Positions 53,567 through 64,000 of a DNA stretch of 64,000 bases are shown here, one piece after another; within the stretch, counting starts at the first letter, position 1, and every line of letters begins with the position of its first letter. The notes under the pieces are model-generated. The model did no database searches. It was not told where the DNA came from and was given only the letters and a program-made list of their open reading frames with translations. This DNA comes from a bacterium (GTDB taxonomy: Bacteria > SM23-31): the NCBI GenBank assembly GCA_965249485.1, contig OZ252239.1:3328001-3392000 (forward strand), written 5' to 3'. The translations under genes and the position numbers were made by a program.

Positions 53567-53706
53567 ATATTCCCCTTTTTTTTATAGTTGTAACGTTTAT
53601 GTATCTTAATTGGTTAATAATAAAAAAATAATTCTCTAAAATCAATGATTAGAATAATATCTTATAATTATTTTGAAAAATCAAAATAATCTTTTGTTAT
53701 CTTAAA

Positions 53707-53728
53707 TATTTGGCTATATTGCCAAATA
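53707..53728. promoter_or_regulatory. Palindromic candidate ArsR operator
   Basis: TATTTGGC-N6-GCCAAATA, 20 bp upstream of the arsR ATG. Confidence 0.7.
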
Positions 53729-53748
53729 ACCAGGCATTTATCAAAAAT

Positions 53749-54078
53749 ATGGATAAAAATACACAGTTGTTTTTTGAGGCAAGAGCAAAGATTATTAAGT
53801 CACTGGCACATCCAACACGGCTTTTTATTGTCGACCAGTTGAAGCATGGCAGGAAGTGTGTACGCGAGCTGACTGACCTGATTGATGCCGATATGTCGAC
53901 AGTTTCAAAACATCTCTCTCTCTTAAAAGAAGCAGGAATCATTCAGGATGAAAAACAGGGATTGAATGTCTATTACCACCTGCAGTGCGACTGCATGTTT
54001 GATTTTTTCCGGTGTGTTGAATCGGTGCTGCGTCGGAATTTGGAGAAACAAAAATCTGTCGTAACCGAAGAACTGTAG
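53749..54078 (+). CDS. arsR: ArsR/SmtB-family repressor
   Basis: KSLAHPTRL, KCVREL, STVSKHL, C-terminal CDC...C; ATG at 53749. Confidence 0.88.
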   Translation: MDKNTQLFFEARAKIIKSLAHPTRLFIVDQLKHGRKCVRELTDLIDADMSTVSKHLSLLKEAGIIQDEKQGLNVYYHLQCDCMFDFFRCVESVLRRNLEKQKSVVTEEL

Positions 54079-54268
54079 AATATAGTGAGATATTGGATAA
54101 TGAGATTGATTCGCCTCGCAACAATAATTATGAAAATTTGCGACTCCGGTCGAATGACACTCTTTAAAATATAATTATCTGTTATACGATTTAATTGATT
54201 TGTAAACATGTGCAATGAATAATCACACATAAAGATTTGAGCACAATTTTACTGTGAGGATATTTGTT

Positions 54269-55327
54269 ATGAAACCGTCAGTTGGTAAAAAGATGTCTAT
54301 TCTGAATAGATATTTGACTCTGTGGATTTTTCTGGGAATGGCAGTCGGTATCGGGATCGGTTATGTCATCCCCGGTACCGAATCATTTATCAACCGGTTT
54401 CAGGTCGGAACCACAAATATCCCGATTGCCATAGGCCTGATCCTGATGATGTATCCCCCGTTGGCTAAAGTGAAGTATGAAGAGCTCTCCGATGTCTTTC
54501 GTAACTGGAAAATTCTCGGGCTGTCAATGATACAAAACTGGATCATCGGACCGATACTGATGTTTTCTCTTGCCATTCTTTTTCTTGCCGGATACCCCGA
54601 ATACATGGTTGGGCTCATTATGATCGGCCTCGCCCGCTGCATCGCTATGGTAATCGTGTGGAATGAACTCGCAAAGGGAGATACTGAATATGCCGCCGGA
54701 CTTGTGGCATTTAACAGCATTTTTCAGGTAATTTTCTATTCGTTGTACGCTTGGATTTTCATTACTGTCCTTCCTCCATTGTTCGGACTGAGTGGTAGTC
54801 TTGTCGATGTCAGTATGGGACAAATCGCCGAAAGTGTGTTTATCTATCTCGGTATTCCCTTTCTTGCCGGCATTATTACCAGGTTTAGCCTTGTCCGCTT
54901 AAAAGGCATAACATGGTACACCGATATATTCATTCCGAAAATCAGCCCGATCACGCTCATTGCACTGGTTTTCACTATTGTCGTTATGTTCAGCCTCAAA
55001 GGCAATCTCATTGTTCAGATACCGATGGATGTTGTCCGCATCGCAATCCCGCTTGTCATATATTTTGTTGTAATGTTTCTTATAAGTTTTTGGATGGGCC
55101 GCACTGCAGGTGCCGGCTATTCAAAAACGGCCACCCTCTCCTTTACCGCCGCAAGCAACAACTTTGAACTTGCTATCGCCGTTACCGTTGCTGTCTTTGG
55201 GATCAACTCCGGCGCAGCATTCGCAGCAGTTGTCGGCCCACTGGTAGAGGTCCCGGTTCTCATTGCACTCGTCAATGTTTCTCTGTGGTTTCAACGGAGA
55301 TATTTCAATACGGCTCCTGCAGTATAA
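54269..55327 (+). CDS. acr3: ACR3 arsenite efflux transporter
   Basis: [32 protein letters not shown]. Confidence 0.95.
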   Translation: MKPSVGKKMSILNRYLTLWIFLGMAVGIGIGYVIPGTESFINRFQVGTTNIPIAIGLILMMYPPLAKVKYEELSDVFRNWKILGLSMIQNWIIGPILMFSLAILFLAGYPEYMVGLIMIGLARCIAMVIVWNELAKGDTEYAAGLVAFNSIFQVIFYSLYAWIFITVLPPLFGLSGSLVDVSMGQIAESVFIYLGIPFLAGIITRFSLVRLKGITWYTDIFIPKISPITLIALVFTIVVMFSLKGNLIVQIPMDVVRIAIPLVIYFVVMFLISFWMGRTAGAGYSKTATLSFTAASNNFELAIAVTVAVFGINSGAAFAAVVGPLVEVPVLIALVNVSLWFQRRYFNTAPAV

Positions 55328-55916
55328 ATTTTTACTCAATTCTGGAGAGTAAAGTCCAATAATAATATAAAGTACGACACTAATTTAAATACTTGCTAAA
55401 AATGAACTACTACCTCTCTATTTATGTTGTTATTAATAAGAGATAATTATGTAATTTCATAAAAACAGCAAACATCTTCACTCCACTATTAACAGATATT
55501 CTAACTAACCAGCCAGCTGCATTTTACTGTAAATATCTAATAAAGAATCAATACATTATAATGTACCATAGCGTTATTTTAACGCAACTATTACATATGT
55601 TTTCTTTCTAAGATTCCATGTAACATGTATGAATAATGGTACATCACCTGCATGTTGGTTATCCCCATATTATTCTCAATTTAATGCAGAAAATGAACGG
55701 CTAAATACTATCGAAAGATGTGTATATGATAATACACGAAATTGTGGGTGAGACTCCTCACATCAAAGATTCCCGCAACAAAAATGAGTAAACTAAAAGT
55801 ATTGATTTTATCCAATCAAGATAGTATATTGACGTTTGCAAAAATGTGCCATATCGGTGCTGGATGCGGATCAAATCGGAATGGTTTTAACCTCCGATTT
55901 GATTGAAAATTTCTAT

Positions 55917-55991
55917 GGGCTCGTGGTGTAGTTTGGTTAACACGCCGGCCTGTCAAGCCGGAGATCGCGGGTTCAAGTCCCGTCGGGCCCG
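55917..55991 (+). tRNA. tRNA-Asp(GTC)
   Basis: CCGGC-CTGTCAA-GCCGG anticodon arm, GGTTCAAGTCC, GGGCTCG/CGGGCCC acceptor stem. Confidence 0.95.
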
Positions 55992-56003
55992 CCCAATAAA
56001 AAC

Positions 56004-56038
56004 AAGGACTTAGATTGATTTCTAAGTCCTTTTGCTTT
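56004..56038 (+). terminator. Intrinsic terminator after tRNA-Asp
   Basis: AAGGACTTAGA-loop-TCTAAGTCCTT plus T-rich tail. Confidence 0.8.
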
Positions 56039-56662
56039 ATGCAGAATTTTTATTCCCCACACTATTCCCCACACACAACCAGTATTCTGAATGCTTTATT
56101 AGTTTAGCCCCGAAAAAATCTTTTTGTATATTATCTTTATATCAAGAACTAAAATACTTTGTATTTGTGCTCAGGATACAGCTGTGGCTTTCAGCTTATA
56201 AAGCAAGTTATCTATCATTCTTGCTAATGTATCGACTCAGAGCAATTTGTACCCAATATCCAATATTATGATACAGTTTTTCCTTGATAAAAGTTTTCAG
56301 ATTAGTAGAGTCCTTTTGAAATTATTTTACAAAAGCAAAAACCAATATTTTTCAACTAAAAATAAAAATCTAAATTTTAGGTACATTTTAGGCACAATCC
56401 TATGTGTTAAGTAAGTGTAAACTATTGTAGTTATTGGATATTTTTGGAATGTGTGGATAGGTTCGCGTCCTACCAGAAAAGCTGCTAACATATTACACTA
56501 ATAATTTCTCAATAAATACATATTTACTCTTGAAAATATAATTTTTGCACACTTTATCCTCACTACTGTTTCATATAACTATAATAACCTGAAACCTATT
56601 CCTGTTGTAAAATCAACGGAATTCTCCTCGTTGTAAATGCTCGTTTTCTCCATACTAGTGTG

Positions 56663-57124
56663 TTAATTGAAGATCAATTGAATAAATAAATCATATAAAT
56701 AGGTAATAATATTCTGAAAAGATTCAGGTATATTAGCTTTATGTGGAGCATACACTCTAACGGTTTCGGTTTTTCCTTCATATATATAGACTATTCTATG
56801 ACGATCTCCATCAAAAATACTTCCATCTGGGAAATAATCCGGATCATACTGAGAAAAATTGCTGAACAATTGAATGAGGGAATCCTGCTGAGTAGTAGTC
56901 ACAATACCCTGCGAAACTTCTCCTGACCAATCTGTTGTTTGAACTGTTCCGTCGCCAAATATATCAAGCCTCAGAGTTTCTCCTGTAAATCCAACAGTTA
57001 AAGTATAATGGATTTAAATTTTCGAGAACTCTTCAGGTTCCGTTGGAAATATCTCGCTGCAAAAATTAAGTACTGAAAATAAGCAAAGACAAGCAAGTAT
57101 ACACCATACATTTAAACGTTTCAT
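56663..57124 (-). pseudogene. Small lipoprotein-like gene with in-frame TAA
   Basis: ATG 57124 MKRLNVWCIL..., TAA at 57014-57016, then the frame continues into ORF 56663..56902. Confidence 0.6.
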
Positions 57125-57452
57125 CTCATTTGATCCCCCAAATGCAAAAGAATATTCAATACATTCCACCAGATATGCTAACCCCCTATCACATATCCAA
57201 TATCATAGATTTAATTATTGAAAGCAAAAACTATTCCAGTAATAATCGGGATTTTACAACATCATAACAAGTAAATAAACAATAGCTTACTATTTATCCC
57301 TACTCAGTCATTGTGAAATATAGTGCAATAATTTGCACTGCAAAATGGTGCATGTGGCTGATTCAGAGAGGGGTACTCATTTATTTACTATGATTTTAAT
57401 TCTATCTCACGTTCCCATACATGATTTTATATTGCTGCACAGTATACAAAGA

Positions 57453-57484
57453 AGGCGGGATACATTAAGAATTGCATCCCGCCT
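57453..57484 (-). terminator. Hairpin, probable terminator of the minus-strand cluster
   Basis: AGGCGGGAT...ATCCCGCCT. Confidence 0.55.
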
Positions 57485-57598
57485 CTATGCTTTTAACATG
57501 GTTATTAAAAGTTACTTAACCAACACCATCCGTTTTGTCAGCCGCTTACGAAGTCGATTCTTATTGTGTTTCAGAAGATTTTTGTTACTAATCCAAAC

Positions 57599-58207
57599 TT
57601 ATTGGAAAGGAATTTTCACTTCTATTTGTACCATATTATTCACCGGGTTAATGGACATTTCCTGATTTGGTTTATCTAAACTTCTCAAATCCAGTTCTTC
57701 CCACCTGGGTATTCTTGATCCGATGAATTTTCCTATTACAAACGATAGAGGGAGGACAAAGAATATACTTGCAATAGCACTATAGTCAAAAGTACCAAAT
57801 GAAAATTCGCTACCACTTGATGTATCGGTTTCATTATCCCGCAAAAGATATAATAACACTATAACTCCACCAACTGCTCCAATAGCACCTCCAGCGGTTC
57901 CAAATGTTTTATTACTGTATCGTAGCGACTGAATATCATTCAAGAGATAAACGGACTTCTTATCCAAATAGGAAAAAGATACCGTACCTGCCGATTTGGA
58001 GAGAACTGCTCTCCTTCCATTGACTGTTGTGCCGTTTTGCAGCATGAGCTCGACCTTCTTGAATTGCAGTGAGTCCACATTAGAGGCACTCAACCTCTCC
58101 CGGAATTGCGCATCGGATCCGGCGTTCATCGTTTTCACCGTTGAGCAGGAAAACGACAGGAGAGATACCACTACCATGATCCAAACAGCAATCTTTTCCA
58201 ATCTCAC
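57599..58207 (-). CDS. Hypothetical lipoprotein with Gly-rich hydrophobic segments
   Basis: LLSFSC lipobox-like leader; RBS GGAG/AGG. Confidence 0.7.
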   Translation of the reverse strand: MRLEKIAVWIMVVVSLLSFSCSTVKTMNAGSDAQFRERLSASNVDSLQFKKVELMLQNGTTVNGRRAVLSKSAGTVSFSYLDKKSVYLLNDIQSLRYSNKTFGTAGGAIGAVGGVIVLLYLLRDNETDTSSGSEFSFGTFDYSAIASIFFVLPLSFVIGKFIGSRIPRWEELDLRSLDKPNQEMSINPVNNMVQIEVKIPFQ

Positions 58208-58284
58208 CTATCTCCCTCTATGACTCATTGTATATGTTATTAAATATGACAATATTGACAATTCTTACACATATGTACCTACAA

Positions 58285-58818
58285 TTATTTACTGATCTCG
58301 TATGCTATCGTCGCGAATACCGGCCCTCCCAAATACACTCCCGCACTTCCTATTTGTTTTCCTACAATTACGCCGGTTATTCCACCTAAAAAGGTTAGCA
58401 ATGAAGAGCCTGACTGGTTTTGTACTTTGCCAGCCTGGAGTACACCCAGCGTACTGCCTATCATGAATATATACTGTGCCGGATTATCGATCTTTCCTGA
58501 TTTGGTAAAATCGTCTCTGTCCCAAAACGCATCTTGAATAAGCAAGCACCAGAAAGCACCGAGTACAACTTCATATCCTAAACCTATCGCAGCCTTCATC
58601 ATTGAACTTTTCGTAGCAGACGGTGGTGTATCTTCATTTTCATTATAATAGTGTGCAGGGATGATTGTATCAGCATTGATGTGGTAATTCACTACATCGT
58701 AATTGCTGGGGAACGTTTCAGTTTTGTATACGTACTGGGCGTATATCGATCCCGGTACAATTACACAACAGCTTATTAATAAATATTCAATTACGATTGT
58801 AGAAAAAATATATTTCAT
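58285..58818 (-). CDS. Hypothetical exported or membrane protein
   Basis: Signal-like N-terminus from MKYIF; Gly-rich hydrophobic C-terminal half. Confidence 0.6.
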   Translation of the reverse strand: MKYIFSTIVIEYLLISCCVIVPGSIYAQYVYKTETFPSNYDVVNYHINADTIIPAHYYNENEDTPPSATKSSMMKAAIGLGYEVVLGAFWCLLIQDAFWDRDDFTKSGKIDNPAQYIFMIGSTLGVLQAGKVQNQSGSSLLTFLGGITGVIVGKQIGSAGVYLGGPVFATIAYEISK

Positions 58819-58829
58819 TTCATTATTAA

Positions 58830-60309
58830 TTATGGATTTACCCAAGTAATAGTATGAAATGTCCCATTACTATTTCCAAATCCATTATGAGAACTATTTT
58901 CAGTAAACGCTTTCCATTCATGACTTATACCACCATGTGAAGGTACATGTGGTGCTCCTGTACCTGTAACAGCATTATTCCAACCTTGACCACACCTCCC
59001 TCTGAAACCAAGCCATTCTTTGCTATTTCCAGGCGGCAATATAGCATGCGTAGGATAGGAATAACCATGAATAGAATACGGGGATTCATCACCTGTTTCG
59101 CCTAATTTTTCGAGATAATCATAATTAAAATACTCAGTGTTTTCGTCTAAAATATAGTCTACTTCATCTTTATAATCATCAAAAACAATAATACCAAAAG
59201 CATCTATCACAACTCTATAAACTAAATCACCATGAAAATAACTTGCATGAGCATTAGAAGCAATAACAATTAATGGATGTTCATATGTGGTTGTATAACC
59301 GTTATTGGTATCTAAAAAATTAGGATTTTCTGCATTTGTTACCCATTTCCCATGCACCGAAGCAGTTTTTGTATGTCCACCTTCATGCTGATATAAATTA
59401 ATTTTATCAGGTGTAAATACATTTGTACTTGTATTCCTGGTCAGACGTATACTTATATGCTCCCAATCACCTTCATGCCAGGTATTATTATTAGTTTGGA
59501 GTCTGATATCATTCATATTGAACCAATACCAGTATTGCACGTAGTAATAATTACCACTTCGATACACATGATAATATAAAGGTGTTGAGCCTGGTGGTCC
59601 TCCATAATGAGCATCAGGTAATGTTAAATCTAACCAATAAAAAGTTGGCCCCGGAGGATTTGTAGTTGTCCAGCCATTTGAGTCCCAATTAGCCCCTCCC
59701 CAACGATGTGCATTTGTTACTCCATAATATGTATTTGTCTGTCCTGTAACTGTAGTGACTTTTAAATTAGAATAATTGTTAATAATGTATTCAAAATTCG
59801 ATAATCCTTGTTGAAGTTCCGGATGAGTTACATCATCACTTTCGATTAATACCGGTTTAAACTGTTCGGCTATATCCTCTTCGATACTATCAGGAATAAG
59901 ATCTTCATCAAGATCTGCTTCATTTTCTATTTGATACTGCGGGTAAATTGTATAAATACCCTCATCTAATCCTGATCTTCCGGATGAATACCATACGCTC
60001 CAATTACCGTCTAACCATATTTCCACCAATGAGTATATTTCACGTGAACCTTCAGGAATAGCGATATAGTTGTACGCCTCGCCGTTAACTATGCTATAGT
60101 CGTAGTGGTATGCTGCTACATGGGAATCGTCGACAGGTTCCCTGTATGTCATCCTTCAACCGAACCCAATTAACCTTACTGTCTATACTGCCTCCAGTCC
60201 ATTCAGAGTAAATATCCGTATATGCTCGAAATATCCAGGCAGCTTTACTTTCGGAATTATATCCAAATAATATCAAAATTGCTAATACAATTTCCAGTAT
60301 CCTTTTCAT
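58830..60309 (-). pseudogene. Secreted protein with HEGDWE (Vps62/NPP1-like) domain, frameshifted near 60153
   Basis: The signal-peptide frame MKRILEIV... overlaps ORF 58830..60152 with one extra base; QYWYWF, HEGDWEHI, QHEGG and HASY motifs. Confidence 0.65.
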
Positions 60310-60358
60310 TGGTCTATCCCGTTTAAAATTTTCAATTTTCCGATTTTTCAATGTCCGG

Positions 60359-61690
60359 TCATTTAACCAGGACCATCTTTTTAACTTCCTGAAACCTTAC
60401 ATTCTGTCCGGACGACGCTTCAACTCTGTAGAAATAGATACCGCTTGCGACGGTAATACCTCTGTCGTTTCTGCTGTCCCATTCCACGTGATGAGTCCCT
60501 GCAGGCTGTGTATCTGCTATTAGTTTCCGCACAACTTGTCCGGTCACATCTAAGATGGTGATATTGACAAGTGACTTTTCAATTATGGAGTATTGTATTG
60601 TTGTTGTAGGGTTGAACGGATTCGGATAATTTTGTTTTAATTCATATGTAGATGGCATAGCATCGAATCCTGCACCTGCTGTTGATTTTAAGAGCAGCGG
60701 TTTTGATTCTATGACGCCAACACTCGCCGCAGTGAGACTAACCGTATTGTCAAGATTATCCTCACCCTTACCGTTTGACAGAATTATGGAAAATTTTTCT
60801 GTGTCCCCTGCTTCCAGATCGATCGGTCCGGCACTGACAAGTATGGTGTAGATGTCATTTTTATTGTTAACTTTCTTGTGAGGTGTACCCTTGAGAAGCC
60901 GGTATCTTTCTTTATCATTCAATTTATCGGTTTCAGAGCCCCACCAGGCTATATTGACGGGGGCAGTCGATACCGGAACAACACTGTACAATGAGCCGGT
61001 GGAACCGTTCTCATGTGCAGCAACTATGTAAGGATTTCCCCCATTGTTCGAAAGATTAAAGCGTGTTTTCGAGTTTCTATATTCGCTTTCAATTCCCGGC
61101 GTTTCTATTTTTGCTGCCAGTCCGATATAGACGTCGGTTAGGGGTGCATTTTGATTTGTGTTTGAAACATCGAACTGAAGAAAAGCATTTTTCGAATTGG
61201 TATACGTTACAAGCTCTTGAGAGACTTCCAGACCAACAGGATTATGACCATCGAACTGGGAGACATCACCGTAGACCGTGGTTACACGGAACTGTTCAAC
61301 CGGAGCATTTGTGCTATCGATCTCAAACCGCTTGCCAAACCGTGGCAGTGGTCTCCATTCGGGCCGATTGGTCAGTTCATTACCATCGCCCGAAACAACA
61401 AACACGTCACCTGTATTATTTTTCCCGCCAATCCAGAGTGAAAACTCTGTTTTGAATTGTTGTGCACCGGGAGTTTTTGTCAGGTCGTGTGGTATTGTTC
61501 CCAGTAGCCCGTAGCTCTCCGGCGGGATCATCATTTCACCGACCAGCCCATAAATTCCTTTTGTTAAATTTACTGATTTTATGGGAGTATTCCCTTCAGG
61601 CGCATCTTGACTCTGATCGGAATAAAAACCGCTCGCCAGAAACACAGTGAATACTGTTAATACCAGGACAAGGATACTTTTTTTAGACAT
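60359..61690 (-). CDS. Secreted protein with C-terminal FlgD-Ig/sorting-type domain
   Basis: Signal peptide; YELKQNYPNPFNPTT...WDSRN...ASGIYFY...KKMVLVK. Confidence 0.85.
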   Translation of the reverse strand: MSKKSILVLVLTVFTVFLASGFYSDQSQDAPEGNTPIKSVNLTKGIYGLVGEMMIPPESYGLLGTIPHDLTKTPGAQQFKTEFSLWIGGKNNTGDVFVVSGDGNELTNRPEWRPLPRFGKRFEIDSTNAPVEQFRVTTVYGDVSQFDGHNPVGLEVSQELVTYTNSKNAFLQFDVSNTNQNAPLTDVYIGLAAKIETPGIESEYRNSKTRFNLSNNGGNPYIVAAHENGSTGSLYSVVPVSTAPVNIAWWGSETDKLNDKERYRLLKGTPHKKVNNKNDIYTILVSAGPIDLEAGDTEKFSIILSNGKGEDNLDNTVSLTAASVGVIESKPLLLKSTAGAGFDAMPSTYELKQNYPNPFNPTTTIQYSIIEKSLVNITILDVTGQVVRKLIADTQPAGTHHVEWDSRNDRGITVASGIYFYRVEASSGQNVRFQEVKKMVLVK

Positions 61691-61883
61691 GGTACCCCTC
61701 CTTCTTTAAATGTAGAATAGTTGCAAGAATTTGTATTACTTACATTAAGAATCAACTTTATGGTGATACTATTTTCACAAAAATGTATTTGAATAAAGTT
61801 TTGAAACATTGAAATAATTCGTGAGGTTTATGTAGAGTACAAATTCAAATATTTCAATCGTACTTCATAGTTTCATACTTCAA

Positions 61884-62441
61884 TCACACTACTATTTCCT
61901 CCACTATCTTTTCTATGTTAACCGGCTTGAAGAGGACTCTTTCGGCACCGGCAGCCATGGCTATTTCAACGTTATCATCATTCCCATGGCCGGTAACTAT
62001 TAGCACTTTACAGTTTTTGGTTTGAGGATTGCTTTTAATATGACTACAGACTTTGAAACCGTCTACCCCGGGCATCATTAAATCAAGCAATACCACATCG
62101 GGTAATATACGTGACACTAGAGCCCCTGCTTCGAAACCATTATGTGCTGTTGCAACGTCGATGTTATACTGTGAAGAACGCAGCCCTTGTGCCAGGAGGT
62201 CACATGCATTCGGATCATCATCAACAATCATCACTTTGAATCTTTTCTGAATAATCTCATCGAAGAAGGGGATATTATTTTCCTTCATGAAATCAATAAG
62301 ATCGCCTTTGATTATTCTTTTATGACCTCCCGGTGTTTTATATGCTTTGAGCAAACCAGACTGGATCCATCTATTTATAGACATAAAACTTGTCTTACAT
62401 ATTTTTGCTGCCTGAGTTGTGGTTAATACGTCTAGTTCCAT
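61884..62441 (-). CDS. Response regulator with N-terminal excisionase-type HTH
   Basis: LTTTQAAK...KTPGGHKRI, then receiver domain VDDD, LDLMMP, TG, KP. Confidence 0.9.
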   Translation of the reverse strand: MELDVLTTTQAAKICKTSFMSINRWIQSGLLKAYKTPGGHKRIIKGDLIDFMKENNIPFFDEIIQKRFKVMIVDDDPNACDLLAQGLRSSQYNIDVATAHNGFEAGALVSRILPDVVLLDLMMPGVDGFKVCSHIKSNPQTKNCKVLIVTGHGNDDNVEIAMAAGAERVLFKPVNIEKIVEEIVV

Positions 62442-62743
62442 TACAATCCGTTTAAATTGTTGAATTTGTGTAAATTATATAGCAATTGTATTTAAATGTC
62501 AAGCTATTTTTCAAAGTAAGACGTTTAGTTAGGATTTTTAGAGGATGTGAGACAGAGGTGACAAATTAATCTCAAGAGAAATTTAGAATAGTTCATTTAA
62601 ACCATTTAAAGTTTATATGCCAAGATGTCTTCTTTGGATATATCGTTCATAATTTAAATGGTTATCCATTTGCCGGGTATTGAGCATATTGAAGAATTAA
62701 AACATGCATATAAACTATTGCAATGTACTACATACAGCGTACA

Positions 62744-63148
62744 TCAATCCTCCGAAGATTCAGATTGCTTTATGACTTTTTCTTTGTGCGACATATAAAC
62801 ATAAAAGAGGAACATCATAAGACCGGGTGATAAAAAGAAGAAGCCAGCTACAGCCATTCCTGCTTTTTCAAAGCTGTCAGACATATAGTAATGTCCACTA
62901 AGAAACGCTATGCCGATTCCAATCAGAAATAAACCAAATGCCAGATAGCGGGTTAGAATAATACGAGGAGCACGAGTAGTCCGCATCGATTCAAAATTTA
63001 ATTGAACATCGGTTTGTCCTTTTTCAATTATGGCCATTCGTTCTTTGTGCACAAGTTCACGCTGTTTAATGCGCGCTTTAATTATAAAATAGGCTATTAC
63101 AGAAATGCAGATGAACATAGTGATAAAAATTGGTACTTCAGAGTTCAT
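62744..63148 (-). CDS. DUF6249-like membrane protein, divergent from the ECF sigma
   Basis: TM, HKERMAIIEKG, two more TM helices. Confidence 0.75.
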   Translation of the reverse strand: MNSEVPIFITMFICISVIAYFIIKARIKQRELVHKERMAIIEKGQTDVQLNFESMRTTRAPRIILTRYLAFGLFLIGIGIAFLSGHYYMSDSFEKAGMAVAGFFFLSPGLMMFLFYVYMSHKEKVIKQSESSED

Positions 63149-63301
63149 TTTAATCTCTCCATATTTATGTGTATTTGGGTTTTTTTTGCTTTCTATTTGT
63201 ATAGAGTGACGAATTAATGGGAAAGTTTCAATTTTAATTAAAATTTAGTATTATGTAACAATATTTTCCATTGTCTACTCTAATTATAATGGGAGACAAT
63301 A

Positions 63302-63889
63302 TTGGCGCTGGAGAAAAAACTAGAAAAATTATTAATATACAAGTCGCAGAATGGAGATATTTCTGCGTTTACTCAAATAGTGAGGGAATATGAGCGACAG
63401 ATTTTTACGTTTGTCGTTAGGATTATTCCAGTACGCGAGGATGCCGAAGATATTACTCAGGAAGTATTCATTAAAGTTTATAAGGGACTAAAAACGTTTC
63501 GTGGCGATGCATCGTTTTCAACCTGGCTTTATACAATTACAAGAAATACGTGCTACCACTATTTACAAAAGAAGCGTCACCATATGATCTCATTAGATCG
63601 AGAAGAAGATATGGCAGGTTCTATTTCGATACTTTCAACTGATTTTGCTTCAGAAGCGATAGAAGCAAAAGAGGATTTTCAGATACTTGTTATGGACTGT
63701 TTAAAACGTCTACCGCACCAATATATTACGGTGGTGCAGTTGTACTATTATCAGCGGTTCCGGTACAAGGAAATATCCGATAGTCTCCAGATTCCATTGT
63801 CAACTGTCAAAATACATTTACACAGAGCTCTGAAAATGCTTCGGGAAAATGTATTGAAAAAATTAGAAAGTAGTACGGAGGATAGATAA
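63302..63889 (+). CDS. ECF sigma factor
   Basis: DAEDITQEVF, FSTWLY, YKEIS...TVKIHLHRA. Confidence 0.92.
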   Translation: MALEKKLEKLLIYKSQNGDISAFTQIVREYERQIFTFVVRIIPVREDAEDITQEVFIKVYKGLKTFRGDASFSTWLYTITRNTCYHYLQKKRHHMISLDREEDMAGSISILSTDFASEAIEAKEDFQILVMDCLKRLPHQYITVVQLYYYQRFRYKEISDSLQIPLSTVKIHLHRALKMLRENVLKKLESSTEDR

Positions 63890-63891
63890 TT

Positions 63892-64000
63892 ATGCATATG
63901 CTCTGTGAAAATATACTGGAAATATACCATAAAGTACTGCGGGAGGAGGCTACCTCGGAGGAGATAGCATCACTGGACAAGCACAGAAACCAATGCGAAA
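63892..64000 (+). CDS. Probable zinc-finger anti-sigma factor, N-terminal part
   Basis: MHMLCEN...DKHRNQCE, the start of an HxxxCxxC motif, directly after the sigma gene; runs off the window. Confidence 0.6.
   Translation, partial: MHMLCENILEIYHKVLREEATSEEIASLDKHRNQCE

Noticed and set aside
55870..55903. Hairpin ATCAAATCGGA...TCCGATTTGAT before tRNA-Asp, as an ncRNA
   Set aside because: It is a simple stem in a tRNA leader with no family features.

Overview
Bacterial chromosome segment. A C-terminal FlgD-Ig/sorting-type domain and the sulfatase/glycosidase content suggest an FCB-related lineage such as KSB1 or Latescibacterota (inference only). Left end (1-12.3 kb, minus strand): an unusual respiratory operon in the order Rrf2 regulator, GltD/NfnB-like FAD-FeS oxidoreductase, Rieske protein, cytochrome b, octaheme cytochrome c, Tat-exported molybdopterin nitrate reductase, NapG, NapH and two more ferredoxins. 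It carries many lesions: three in-frame TAG codons, frameshifts, a ~90-bp deletion and lost Cys ligands. From 13 to 31 kb: intact catabolic genes (YyaL, MobA, M1 and M24 peptidases, GH3, aldolase, RidA, FAH, two sulfatases and their maturase). From 31 to 46 kb: probable tandem integrated islands at tRNA-Arg(ACG), marked by a degenerate tRNA 3' copy and a 109-bp end repeat. They carry an AT-rich defence-like gene block, two amidohydrolase paralogs, a GH29 and a GC-rich katG. From 46.6 to 51.4 kb: a metal-uptake operon with no ATPase gene, preceded by a CxxC...RAPP leader that resembles ribosome-arrest metal sensors. Right end: tRNA-Val, arsR-acr3, tRNA-Asp, a cluster of secreted proteins and an ECF sigma/anti-sigma pair. 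All calls come from reading the sequence by eye; no database search was run.
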